From a virus (lineage: Duplodnaviria > Caudoviricetes), in IMG/VR virus record IMGVR_UViG_3300016722_000148, positions 1-48,223 of that record: a stretch of DNA of 48,223 bases; one strand, 5' to 3'. This document shows positions 37,774 to 45,699 of this stretch, in pieces. The number at the start of each line of letters is the position of its first letter. Positions within the stretch are counted from its first letter, which is position 1. The notes beneath the pieces are model-generated. The model was not told the DNA's origin. It made no database searches and saw only the letters and a program-made list of their open reading frames with translations. The position numbers and the translations under genes are program-made.

Positions 37774-39072
37774 ATGATAGAAAAAATAAATATAGAAATG
37801 ATTGATTTGGCTGTTAAGAAATCACTTAAAAGTGGAACGACAAAAGAATCAATAGCGTTTGAAAAAGATAATGATAAGAACGAAATGGATGTATTGACTT
37901 ACATAAGAGAAGGTAATTATCAAAATGTTAAATATAAACATCTTGACATTGTCTCTCGTGATGGAAAGAAAAGACATTTATCTATCTGCTCTTTTAGAGA
38001 TCGGGTAATAATGCATGTTATCTTATTGTGCATCAATGATCAATTTCGTTCTCAATTATCTGATGATGCCTTTAATTGCATTCAATACCGGGGAATAAAT
38101 TCTAAGTATAAAAGAGGTGATGCGAATCACATGATAAAAAGATATATGAATAGCGATTATTGGGGATATCTTCAACTTGATATACATCACTGTTATGAAT
38201 CTACTCAAGAACAGGCGATGAGAAGAGAGGCGTGGAAATTTTGTGATGGGGACGAATTGTTTCTTGACCTCTTCATGAAATATACCATGTGCGAAAAAGG
38301 ACTTCCAATAGGTACGCCTATGTCACCAATTGCTCATCATATATTGATGATACCTGTTGACAATTTGATACATTCGATGGGACTTAAAGAAGTAAGGTAT
38401 GCGGATGACATGGTGTTATTTGGGAACAAAGATAAACTGCATTCCGCCTATTGGAGAATATCAAATATGCTGTGGTATAATTATGGATACGAGTTAAAAA
38501 AAATAGCTCATCCAACCCCGATAAGAGTACCACTTGATATTCTTGGATATGTATATATGAAAGGACATACTAAATTGAGAAAAAGTGTAAAGGATAGAAT
38601 AAAGAAAAATTGGCATAAACCTTTATCTAAAGCCTCTTATATGGGTATGTTAAAAGGATGTGATTCTACTAATTTTATAAACAAAATGAATATAAACGAA
38701 TTAATTACTGACACCACTTTGGTGAAAAGACGTATGGACTCTCCTCTTGGTAAGATAGAGGACTTGGAGAATAAAGTATTTAATATCTTGGATTTTGAGG
38801 TAAGATCACCGAGTAAGAGAGATGGTAAATATTGGATGAGAATGCAAATTCAATATGAAGAGGACGGTAAATCAATTATTCGGTTGATAAAAGGATATCA
38901 TTCATCCATTTGTCTATTCTTCCTTAATATAGAAAAGAAAATGCACGAGAAAGCCCTGATGTCTGATATTTCTTTTGAAGATGTCAGAAAAAAAATACTC
39001 CCTATTGAAGGGGTTTCATTGATTAACGATAAGGGATGGTATTTCAAAGGAACGATTCTAAAAAATGATTGA
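37774..39072 (+). CDS. DGR reverse transcriptase with fused ~128-aa C-terminal domain
   Basis: GKKRHL..FRDRVIMH, LQLDIHHCYES, GLPIGTPMSP, RYADD, DILGY, ASYMGMLK; adjacent to TR/VR. Confidence 0.93.
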   Translation: MIEKINIEMIDLAVKKSLKSGTTKESIAFEKDNDKNEMDVLTYIREGNYQNVKYKHLDIVSRDGKKRHLSICSFRDRVIMHVILLCINDQFRSQLSDDAFNCIQYRGINSKYKRGDANHMIKRYMNSDYWGYLQLDIHHCYESTQEQAMRREAWKFCDGDELFLDLFMKYTMCEKGLPIGTPMSPIAHHILMIPVDNLIHSMGLKEVRYADDMVLFGNKDKLHSAYWRISNMLWYNYGYELKKIAHPTPIRVPLDILGYVYMKGHTKLRKSVKDRIKKNWHKPLSKASYMGMLKGCDSTNFINKMNINELITDTTLVKRRMDSPLGKIEDLENKVFNILDFEVRSPSKRDGKYWMRMQIQYEEDGKSIIRLIKGYHSSICLFFLNIEKKMHEKALMSDISFEDVRKKILPIEGVSLINDKGWYFKGTILKND

Positions 39073-39253
39073 CATGAAATATTTCCTAGTAAAAAAAGAA
39101 GATTTGGAAGCGATAGGCTTTACAAATTACGGAAAAGAACTAAGTGATGGAACTGTCGTAGTGCCGTCGAATGTAAAAAAGACTTTGGAAAGTAAAATAG
39201 ACTTTTCGGGATATGAGGAATATAGTTTAGACGAAATTAAAAAAATGGAATAA
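39065..39253 (+). CDS. Small hypothetical protein in tail operon
   Basis: 62 aa, overlapping the RT stop. Confidence 0.6.
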   Translation: MIDMKYFLVKKEDLEAIGFTNYGKELSDGTVVVPSNVKKTLESKIDFSGYEEYSLDEIKKME

Positions 39254-39255
39254 TT

Positions 39256-40332
39256 ATGGGAATATCTGGTTCTATCTCATTAACGGCATTGTTGAACGGT
39301 ACTACGCTCAACGGCCATGCAGCGGTTATTAACGGCCCGCTCGTTCAAAGGTATAATAAGACGACTTCGACTTATATACCAAACTTCGCAACAATGTCCG
39401 ATAACGCAAAGCCTTTTGTATATGCTCATATCAATCGAACTGATACTGGAGCTATCATGGTACCAACCGCCGTTACATTCGCATATAACGGAGTGGCACT
39501 TTCTTTCGATGCAAATGGAGCATGCACGACAACTGGTTATACGACTATCTTCAAAAAGATTGTTAAAAGTGTCACGATAGGTTCTAATACTTATCAAATG
39601 CCCTCATTGGTAATAATAGGTAATCTATATTCTTCTTCTAATACAGATAATGACATTATCACTATCAATGGAACTTGCGAGATCGCAGGGAAAAGTCTTT
39701 CGTTTGCAGAAATATCTCAATTGGTAACAATCGGAGAAACAGAAGGCAATCAATATGATCTTTATATGTCTGCCAGTGGAGACACCTATTTGAATGACAC
39801 GAACAATTCGGTAGTATTAACGGCTCATGCGAATCTAAATGGAGCACAGATAACCGATCTTAGCGGTTATAGCATCAAGTGGTATAAGATAACAACTGGC
39901 GGAGATGTATTGCTAGGTTCGGGACAGACGGTAACGATAGGTGTGGGAGACGTGGATTCTCAGATGAATATAAGATGCGACATACTTACATCTAATGCCG
40001 TAGTAGCTAGTGCGTATGGTACTGTATATGACGCTAGCGATCCTCTTGAAATGCAATTTGCAGTGACAGGAATAACAGGCTCGCAAATAAGAGAGGGAGA
40101 AACGGCCGTCATCACTCCCCATGTAGTGAAAAGAAGTTCGGGAGAAATATATAAGGAAAATAATGCTGAAGTATATACATCCTTTAATTTCAAGACGACA
40201 AATAACGCTGGATCAAACTATATTCTTTCCAACGAGACGGCTGCGTCCTTTATGGGGTCGTCTGCTTCAATTTCCTTTGCAGATACTCAGGCTGCAGGGG
40301 GAGCCATATCATTATATGTAAGTGCATCATGA
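39256..40332 (+). CDS. Tail protein with Ig-like domains
   Basis: 358 aa, Thr/Ser-rich beta strands, YSIKWYK..GQTVTI..IRCDI, YDASDP. Confidence 0.65.
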   Translation: MGISGSISLTALLNGTTLNGHAAVINGPLVQRYNKTTSTYIPNFATMSDNAKPFVYAHINRTDTGAIMVPTAVTFAYNGVALSFDANGACTTTGYTTIFKKIVKSVTIGSNTYQMPSLVIIGNLYSSSNTDNDIITINGTCEIAGKSLSFAEISQLVTIGETEGNQYDLYMSASGDTYLNDTNNSVVLTAHANLNGAQITDLSGYSIKWYKITTGGDVLLGSGQTVTIGVGDVDSQMNIRCDILTSNAVVASAYGTVYDASDPLEMQFAVTGITGSQIREGETAVITPHVVKRSSGEIYKENNAEVYTSFNFKTTNNAGSNYILSNETAASFMGSSASISFADTQAAGGAISLYVSAS

Positions 40333-41843
40333 TAGCAGGGAATATCACAATAAAGTCCGAAAATGCGGAATATGGCATTGAAACAAATGCCGATGCCGTG
40401 GCCATGGATGCTAATAATATACAGAAGAGTACATTCAGTGCGAAACCGTATATTATTTCAAGTGGGGTAAAATCGTATCTATCGGGACTATCTTCCGAGA
40501 TACCTTTTTACTTCGCATGGCAGGCTTTTGACAAATCGGATAATGAAGTATCATTGCAAAATACGGAAAAGAAATACGGCACTTCTGGTGCGGATGTTGT
40601 GGCGGATTCTCCTTATAATGTATCGGTAGAAGATAGCGAAGCATCAGGAAAAGTCTCTTATCTTAAATTGACGTTGTCTGTCAATGACGTCATCGTATAT
40701 ACTAAAAGAATCTATCTGAATAGAGATTTGCCGGTCGGCTTTGCAAGAAGCGAGACATGGAGTGCAGGACTTACGTTCAAAAATGGGCAACTCATTATCG
40801 TTGATAATGTGGTCTATCAATGGGATTATCCTCATTCCGGTAATTCTTCGACAAATCCATCGGCTGATGTCGCCAATAATCCTACAACGACACATTGGAC
40901 TGCCTATCAACAGTGGACTGTGCTTGCTACAAAGATTATCATGGCCGCGTTCGCACTGCTTGGCGGTGCTGTCTTTTCGGGCGATTATATGTATTCTCAA
41001 CAAGGTAAAGATGCAGCGGGGAATGCAACGTCAAACTACGACCTTTTTGATGCAACCAAGTTGGGTACATCAAATTGTTCGTTTACTCCTAATTTATATT
41101 TTAATTTTAAAACAGGGGACACATATCAGGGAAACGGAAATTTTTCAGGTATGATTAAAGCATCATCACTATATACGCCATTTAAAGATATTCCTTTGTC
41201 CGGTGGCGGTACTTATAATTATAACCCTTCTACAGACGGAAACTTTATAAGAGTATATGCGAGCGGGTATTCTGGCGGATATGTTACCATAAATATGCCA
41301 ATCGCGTCGGCATGGTCTGGAGCACATCTGTTTATTAGAGTTCCCGAGATAATCGGTTCTACGGCAACAATTACTACCATATATGCTGCTTCAGGTTTTA
41401 AATTTCCATTAGGTAAAAATCCGATTGATAGTTATCAGGATTCTATTAATACCTTACACCCGCGAGGAGGTATATATGAATTTTTATCTGATGGCGCTAA
41501 TTGGATTCCTTTAAATTATAATGTAAATATAGGCCCATTGGTTCATACGGGACAGTATCTTTCATTAAGCGATACTTCGCTTACAATATTGCCAACGACT
41601 ACTTATGTCAGATGCAATAACTCTAATACCGCGTATGTGTCATTGCCAAGCAATCCGATTCCTTGGCAAGAGGTTAAAATTTTTCGCGCCGGTAGTGGAA
41701 CTGTAGTAATACAGGGAAATGGGTATTTAATATTTGCAGCAGAAAATACGGTGTCAAGTGTGAGCATGGCACATATTAATGAGTTGGACTATTTTATATA
41801 CAACGGTGCAACTTGGGATTATTCATACGGAAATTGGAATTAA
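40329..41843 (+). CDS. Tail fibre/spike-like protein
   Basis: 504 aa; LATKII..LGGAVFSGDYMYSQQG, FTPNLYFNFKTG; C-terminal repeated VSLP..YNGATW-type modules. Confidence 0.65.
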   Translation: MIAGNITIKSENAEYGIETNADAVAMDANNIQKSTFSAKPYIISSGVKSYLSGLSSEIPFYFAWQAFDKSDNEVSLQNTEKKYGTSGADVVADSPYNVSVEDSEASGKVSYLKLTLSVNDVIVYTKRIYLNRDLPVGFARSETWSAGLTFKNGQLIIVDNVVYQWDYPHSGNSSTNPSADVANNPTTTHWTAYQQWTVLATKIIMAAFALLGGAVFSGDYMYSQQGKDAAGNATSNYDLFDATKLGTSNCSFTPNLYFNFKTGDTYQGNGNFSGMIKASSLYTPFKDIPLSGGGTYNYNPSTDGNFIRVYASGYSGGYVTINMPIASAWSGAHLFIRVPEIIGSTATITTIYAASGFKFPLGKNPIDSYQDSINTLHPRGGIYEFLSDGANWIPLNYNVNIGPLVHTGQYLSLSDTSLTILPTTTYVRCNNSNTAYVSLPSNPIPWQEVKIFRAGSGTVVIQGNGYLIFAAENTVSSVSMAHINELDYFIYNGATWDYSYGNWN

Positions 41844-41864
41844 AATAATAAAGGAGGATAAAAA

Positions 41865-42122
41865 ATGAAAGGCAAGGAAAATCTTTACGGCTCTCTCGTT
41901 CCTTTTATCATAACTATCTTGATCGCCTTTTGTGGTAATTACATTATTACCACAAATAAATTGAGTTCGACAGATACCAAAGTAGAAATCTATCAAGAGA
42001 ACATTAAAGAACTCTCGGATAAAATGGATAAAATCAATACATCCGTGAATTCCTTGCGCGATCGTATCATAGAGATGAATGGTGAGATGAAAATGAAGAG
42101 CGATAAAAAACTAGTTGACTAA
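41865..42122 (+). CDS. Membrane-anchored coiled-coil protein (lysis module)
   Basis: One N-terminal TM segment, then coiled coil. Confidence 0.55.
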   Translation: MKGKENLYGSLVPFIITILIAFCGNYIITTNKLSSTDTKVEIYQENIKELSDKMDKINTSVNSLRDRIIEMNGEMKMKSDKKLVD

Positions 42123-42370
42123 TGAAAAAGTTATTATTAAAACTCTCGGAGCGCTGGAAGTCAGAGACTCCGAAACTGTGGAAAAGGGTAAGGAACATCG
42201 CCACCACTGTTGGCGTGATCTCAACTGCTATCTTGACGGCCGAACTGGCAGCCGGGATAGACGTAAGCGATACGTATAAAAAGTTGCTGGCATACGGCAT
42301 CGCAATTGGCGCTGGAGTAGGAGCGATATCACAACTACAAAAACAAAAAGAGGATGAAAATAAAGGTTGA
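42122..42370 (+). CDS. Putative holin
   Basis: 82 aa, two hydrophobic segments, charged termini, directly before the endolysin. Confidence 0.65.
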   Translation: MKKLLLKLSERWKSETPKLWKRVRNIATTVGVISTAILTAELAAGIDVSDTYKKLLAYGIAIGAGVGAISQLQKQKEDENKG

Positions 42371-42764
42371 AAGGATTTGGAAGAAAGAAACCTATACGAT
42401 AGGTAGAATGTCCATTGATGGAACACCATTCTGCAACACACTTGAAGATAAAGTCAGAAACCTTACAAAAGAATCCAAGGTTTTCGGAGGGACGGCCATT
42501 CCTGCCGGAACTTACCGGATAACGATGACTTACTCTCCCAAGTTCAAGCGAGTGATGCCACTCCTTAACGGTGTTCCCCAATTCGACGCTATCCGTATTC
42601 ATCCGGGTAACAAGGCCGAAGATACGGAAGGTTGTCTACTGGTTGGTAAAAACACCATCGTAGGCGGACTTACAAACTCACGCATCTATTCTGATGAACT
42701 GAATAAACGCATTCAGAATGCGATTAACAACAAAGAGGACGTATTTATAACCATTAATAATTGA
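42354..42764 (+). CDS. Putative endolysin, DUF5675 (L,D-transpeptidase-like)
   Basis: YTIG..FCNTLED, TAIPAGTY, IRIHPGN..DTEGCLLVG. Confidence 0.8.
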   Translation: MKIKVERIWKKETYTIGRMSIDGTPFCNTLEDKVRNLTKESKVFGGTAIPAGTYRITMTYSPKFKRVMPLLNGVPQFDAIRIHPGNKAEDTEGCLLVGKNTIVGGLTNSRIYSDELNKRIQNAINNKEDVFITINN

Positions 42765-42769
42765 TTGAC

Positions 42770-42928
42770 ATGAAACATCTAAAAGTAACATTCGAGGTTA
42801 ACGTGGGCGAATGGCCCGACACAAGATTAACGGAAGATTTTGTAAGAATGCAAATAGATCACGTCGGAGAAGTCATTCTCGACGCATTCGATGAAACGAT
42901 CCATGAAGTAGTTATCAAAGAGGAATAG
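42770..42928 (+). CDS. 52-aa acidic ORF not in the supplied track
   Basis: MKHLKVTFEVNVGEWPDTRLTEDFVRMQIDHVGEVILDAFDETIHEVVIKEE; fills the gap between endolysin and the next gene. Confidence 0.55.
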   Translation: MKHLKVTFEVNVGEWPDTRLTEDFVRMQIDHVGEVILDAFDETIHEVVIKEE

Positions 42929-42930
42929 AT

Positions 42931-43494
42931 ATGAACTGGAAATGGTTACTTACTAAAGTTATCGTGTGTATTGGTTTGATCATAACGATTATCCTATTGA
43001 CGAAGTCCAATATTTCGCTCAGGAAAAACGCGGAACGAAATGAACGAAACGTTGAAATACTAACAGATAGTCTGCAAAGAAGCCTATTACATGATTCTAT
43101 TCCGGTTGTCAGTAGCGGTGTGATATTACAGACAAAAAAGGAATTCCAAAAGACGCAACCGAAAACCATGCAGACCGCTAAAGAACTTGGAATAAAATCT
43201 AAAGACATTACGACGACTTCCGATATAGGCGTAAAAACGGAAGGGACTGTTAAGTATATCTTGAAAGATTCTACTTTCGATTATCGGGATAAATGGGCGC
43301 ATTTTCATGCATCGACAAAAGATAGTTCTTTCTATTATTCCGTACACGATTCGTTATCTCTGATAGTAAATAGAGTATATAAACATAAATTCCTCTTCAT
43401 ACGCTGGGGATTGAAAGGGTATAATGTAACAGTTACCAACTTTAATCCAAACGGGAAGGTAGAATATTTAAGATATATAGAGGTTCAAAAATAA
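42931..43494 (+). CDS. DUF6549-like membrane-anchored protein, candidate spanin
   Basis: N-terminal TM, coiled coil, KELGIK, KHKFLFIRWG; follows endolysin. Confidence 0.6.
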   Translation: MNWKWLLTKVIVCIGLIITIILLTKSNISLRKNAERNERNVEILTDSLQRSLLHDSIPVVSSGVILQTKKEFQKTQPKTMQTAKELGIKSKDITTTSDIGVKTEGTVKYILKDSTFDYRDKWAHFHASTKDSSFYYSVHDSLSLIVNRVYKHKFLFIRWGLKGYNVTVTNFNPNGKVEYLRYIEVQK

Positions 43495-43515
43495 ATAAAC
43501 AGATGCTGGAGATGT

Positions 43516-43649
43516 AAAAGTCCCCAGCTGTTAGTAGGACGCCAATCACATACTAACATAATATGCCAAACCACATAGCTGGGGACTAAATTCCTTTGCG
43601 CAGTGGCTTGGCATATTCTTTTTAATGTGTGATTGGCGGTGCAAAAGTA
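43516..43649 (-). ncRNA. Structured two-state RNA element/antisense sRNA upstream of the Dam gene
   Basis: Minus-strand -7 box TACTTTTG (43649-43642); 11-bp stem 43519-43529/43577-43587 with U-tract; alternative pairings 43540-43550/43628-43638 and 43560-43574/43603-43617. Confidence 0.6.
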
Positions 43650-43671
43650 CTAATTAAATAATAAAAGTCAA

Positions 43672-44457
43672 ATGAAAACACCTATTACTTATTATGGCGG
43701 GAAACAAACAATGTTAAAGCACATCATCCCCTTAATTCCTAAACACAAGTTATACACAGAAGCCTTCTGTGGCGGAGCAGCCGTTCTATTCGCAAAAGAA
43801 AAGTCTGATGGCGAAGTAATTAATGACATCAATATGGAGCTTACCAATTTTTACTGGGTGGCAAAAACAAACTATGAGGCCCTTAAAATAGAGATAGAAA
43901 AGACGCTTCATAGCAGAGATATGCACGATTTAGCAGCATTCATCAATACGCATCCATCATTTTTTTCATACGCACAAAGAGCATGGGCTGTATGGATGCT
44001 TAGCAAGACATCTTTTGCTTCAAAGTTAAACGGCCCTTTCGGTTATGATCTAAAGGGAAGCATGACAAAAAGAATGCGAAATGGAAAAGACTATTTTACG
44101 AGTGAAATATGTAATAGACTCGATAATGTAACGATAGAGAATCGTGATGCCCTCAAAGTGATAAGCACTTATGATACTCCGGACACATTTCACTTTATAG
44201 ACCCACCATATATAGGAAGCAACTGCGGTCATTATACCGGAACGTTCGGAGAACGTCAGATGGAAGAATTGCTTAAATTACTTGAGTCCTTAAACGGTAA
44301 ATTTATGCTGACGATGTTTCCGTATGCTTCGATAGAAGAATTTGCAAATAAAAACGGCTGGGAGATACATAAGGTTGAAAGAACGATTAGTGCCGCTAGA
44401 ACGACTCGTAAAAAACATGAAGAGTGGATAGTATGCAATTACACTCAAAAAGAATAG
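43672..44457 (+). CDS. DNA adenine methyltransferase (D12/Dam class), orphan
   Basis: TPITYYGGKQ, YTEAFCGGAAV, EVIND, FIDPPY. Confidence 0.92.
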   Translation: MKTPITYYGGKQTMLKHIIPLIPKHKLYTEAFCGGAAVLFAKEKSDGEVINDINMELTNFYWVAKTNYEALKIEIEKTLHSRDMHDLAAFINTHPSFFSYAQRAWAVWMLSKTSFASKLNGPFGYDLKGSMTKRMRNGKDYFTSEICNRLDNVTIENRDALKVISTYDTPDTFHFIDPPYIGSNCGHYTGTFGERQMEELLKLLESLNGKFMLTMFPYASIEEFANKNGWEIHKVERTISAARTTRKKHEEWIVCNYTQKE

Positions 44458-44486
44458 CCTTTTTGAACAGAACCAACTAAAAGTTA

Positions 44487-44518
44487 AGCCCATGCACGCC
44501 AATGTATGGGCTATTTTT
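44487..44518 (+). terminator. Intrinsic terminator after the methylase gene
   Basis: AGCCCATGCA-CGCCAA-TGTATGGGCT then ATTTTT. Confidence 0.65.
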
Positions 44519-44579
44519 ATGCTATACAACATTATTTCACCGTTAAATTATTAAACAAAGTTAATATAATGTAGTTTTG

Positions 44580-44601
44580 TTGCTATCATATTTGATAGCA
44601 A
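44580..44601. promoter_or_regulatory. Palindromic operator in the promoter of the acidic-protein/HTH operon
   Basis: TTGCTATCA-TATT-TGATAGCAA, perfect 9-bp inverted repeat just upstream of a near-consensus -7 box (TATCTTTA, ~44614). Confidence 0.65.
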
Positions 44602-44694
44602 AATAAAAAGTTATATCTTTACACCATCAAAGTAATAGAAAACAATTAATTCCTGCATCGCAGGCTGGTGGCAACAGTAATTCAGCACAAAATT

Positions 44695-45222
44695 ATGTTA
44701 GATTTAAGATCACTCGCTTATTCAAGCAATTTAGAGTTCATTGAAACAACATCAGAACGCAGCGGATACCCTTCTCATATAAAGGGTGCTATCATCGGAT
44801 TTAACAACTTCGAGCAGGCTGAAAAATTGGCTAAAGACAATAATTTGGATATCGAAATATTTGAAAAGCATGACGGATGGAATCTTTATTACCGCACAGG
44901 CAATAGAGCTTTTGAAGAGTTTGAAAATCATGCTTCTGACTATGGCGATAATTATGAAGAATTTGACAACAGCTGGAAAGAATATGATTTTTACGAGCAA
45001 TTTATAAAACCTGGACTTGAGCGTTTTGACAACATAGATGAGTTAAGAAGTTTTATTGACCATAAAGAACATATTTTTTATGAGATAGATCGTATTACCG
45101 ATGAAGAACTTGTAATAACAGTGGATGGAGTCTTTGAATCGGTTATAGAAAAACATACAATGGATTTCTATCATGATACAAAGACGGTGGTAATTGGATT
45201 AATAAATAATAATAATGAATAA
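44695..45222 (+). CDS. Strongly acidic hypothetical protein
   Basis: 175 aa from ATG 44695; hand count about 39 Asp/Glu vs 16 Lys/Arg. Confidence 0.7.
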   Translation: MLDLRSLAYSSNLEFIETTSERSGYPSHIKGAIIGFNNFEQAEKLAKDNNLDIEIFEKHDGWNLYYRTGNRAFEEFENHASDYGDNYEEFDNSWKEYDFYEQFIKPGLERFDNIDELRSFIDHKEHIFYEIDRITDEELVITVDGVFESVIEKHTMDFYHDTKTVVIGLINNNNE

Positions 45223-45667
45223 TAGATTTAGATTAGAAAAAAGTACCCGCTCAAAAGATGGGTGGGTACTTACGGATATAGACAACCTCGTCGTGATCAG
45301 GTTCAAAGAACATCAATATAACGAGACTCAAAAAATATCGATACTCAAAGAATCCGAATTAGCTAATAAAGAAGACGCAGCGACAATAATGGCTAAGATT
45401 ATGCGCGAAATGGGTGATTATATGGCTACCAATCACTACTGCATAGCAATGCCTTACAATCATCGAATAGCTATCGGACAACGAATAAAAGAATTACGTG
45501 TTAAAAACGGTTTATCACAAAGGGACTTGGCCGAACTTACAGGCTATACGAATGCTAACATTGCCAACATTGAGCTCGGTAAATATTCAGTAGGACTTGA
45601 CGTACTAAGTAACATTGCAGATAAATTAGGGTGTAATATAGAATTAATAGAAAAGACGGCTGAATAA
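45215..45667 (+). CDS. XRE-family HTH regulator with N-terminal extra domain
   Basis: IGQRIKELRVKNGLSQRDLAELTGYTNANIANIELGK. Confidence 0.88.
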   Translation: MNNRFRLEKSTRSKDGWVLTDIDNLVVIRFKEHQYNETQKISILKESELANKEDAATIMAKIMREMGDYMATNHYCIAMPYNHRIAIGQRIKELRVKNGLSQRDLAELTGYTNANIANIELGKYSVGLDVLSNIADKLGCNIELIEKTAE

Positions 45668-45678
45668 GCCGCCTTTTT
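45651..45678. terminator. Bidirectional terminator between HTH gene and integrase
   Basis: AAAAGACGGCT-GAATA-AGCCGCCTTTT. Confidence 0.65.
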
Positions 45679-45699
45679 TGTTGTATGTTGTAGGCATCT

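Noticed and set aside
37774-39072. RT as group II intron, retron or Abi RT
   Set aside because: No intron domain V/VI or maturase-endonuclease features seen and no msr-msd arrangement; the adjacent A-specific TR/VR pair identifies a DGR.
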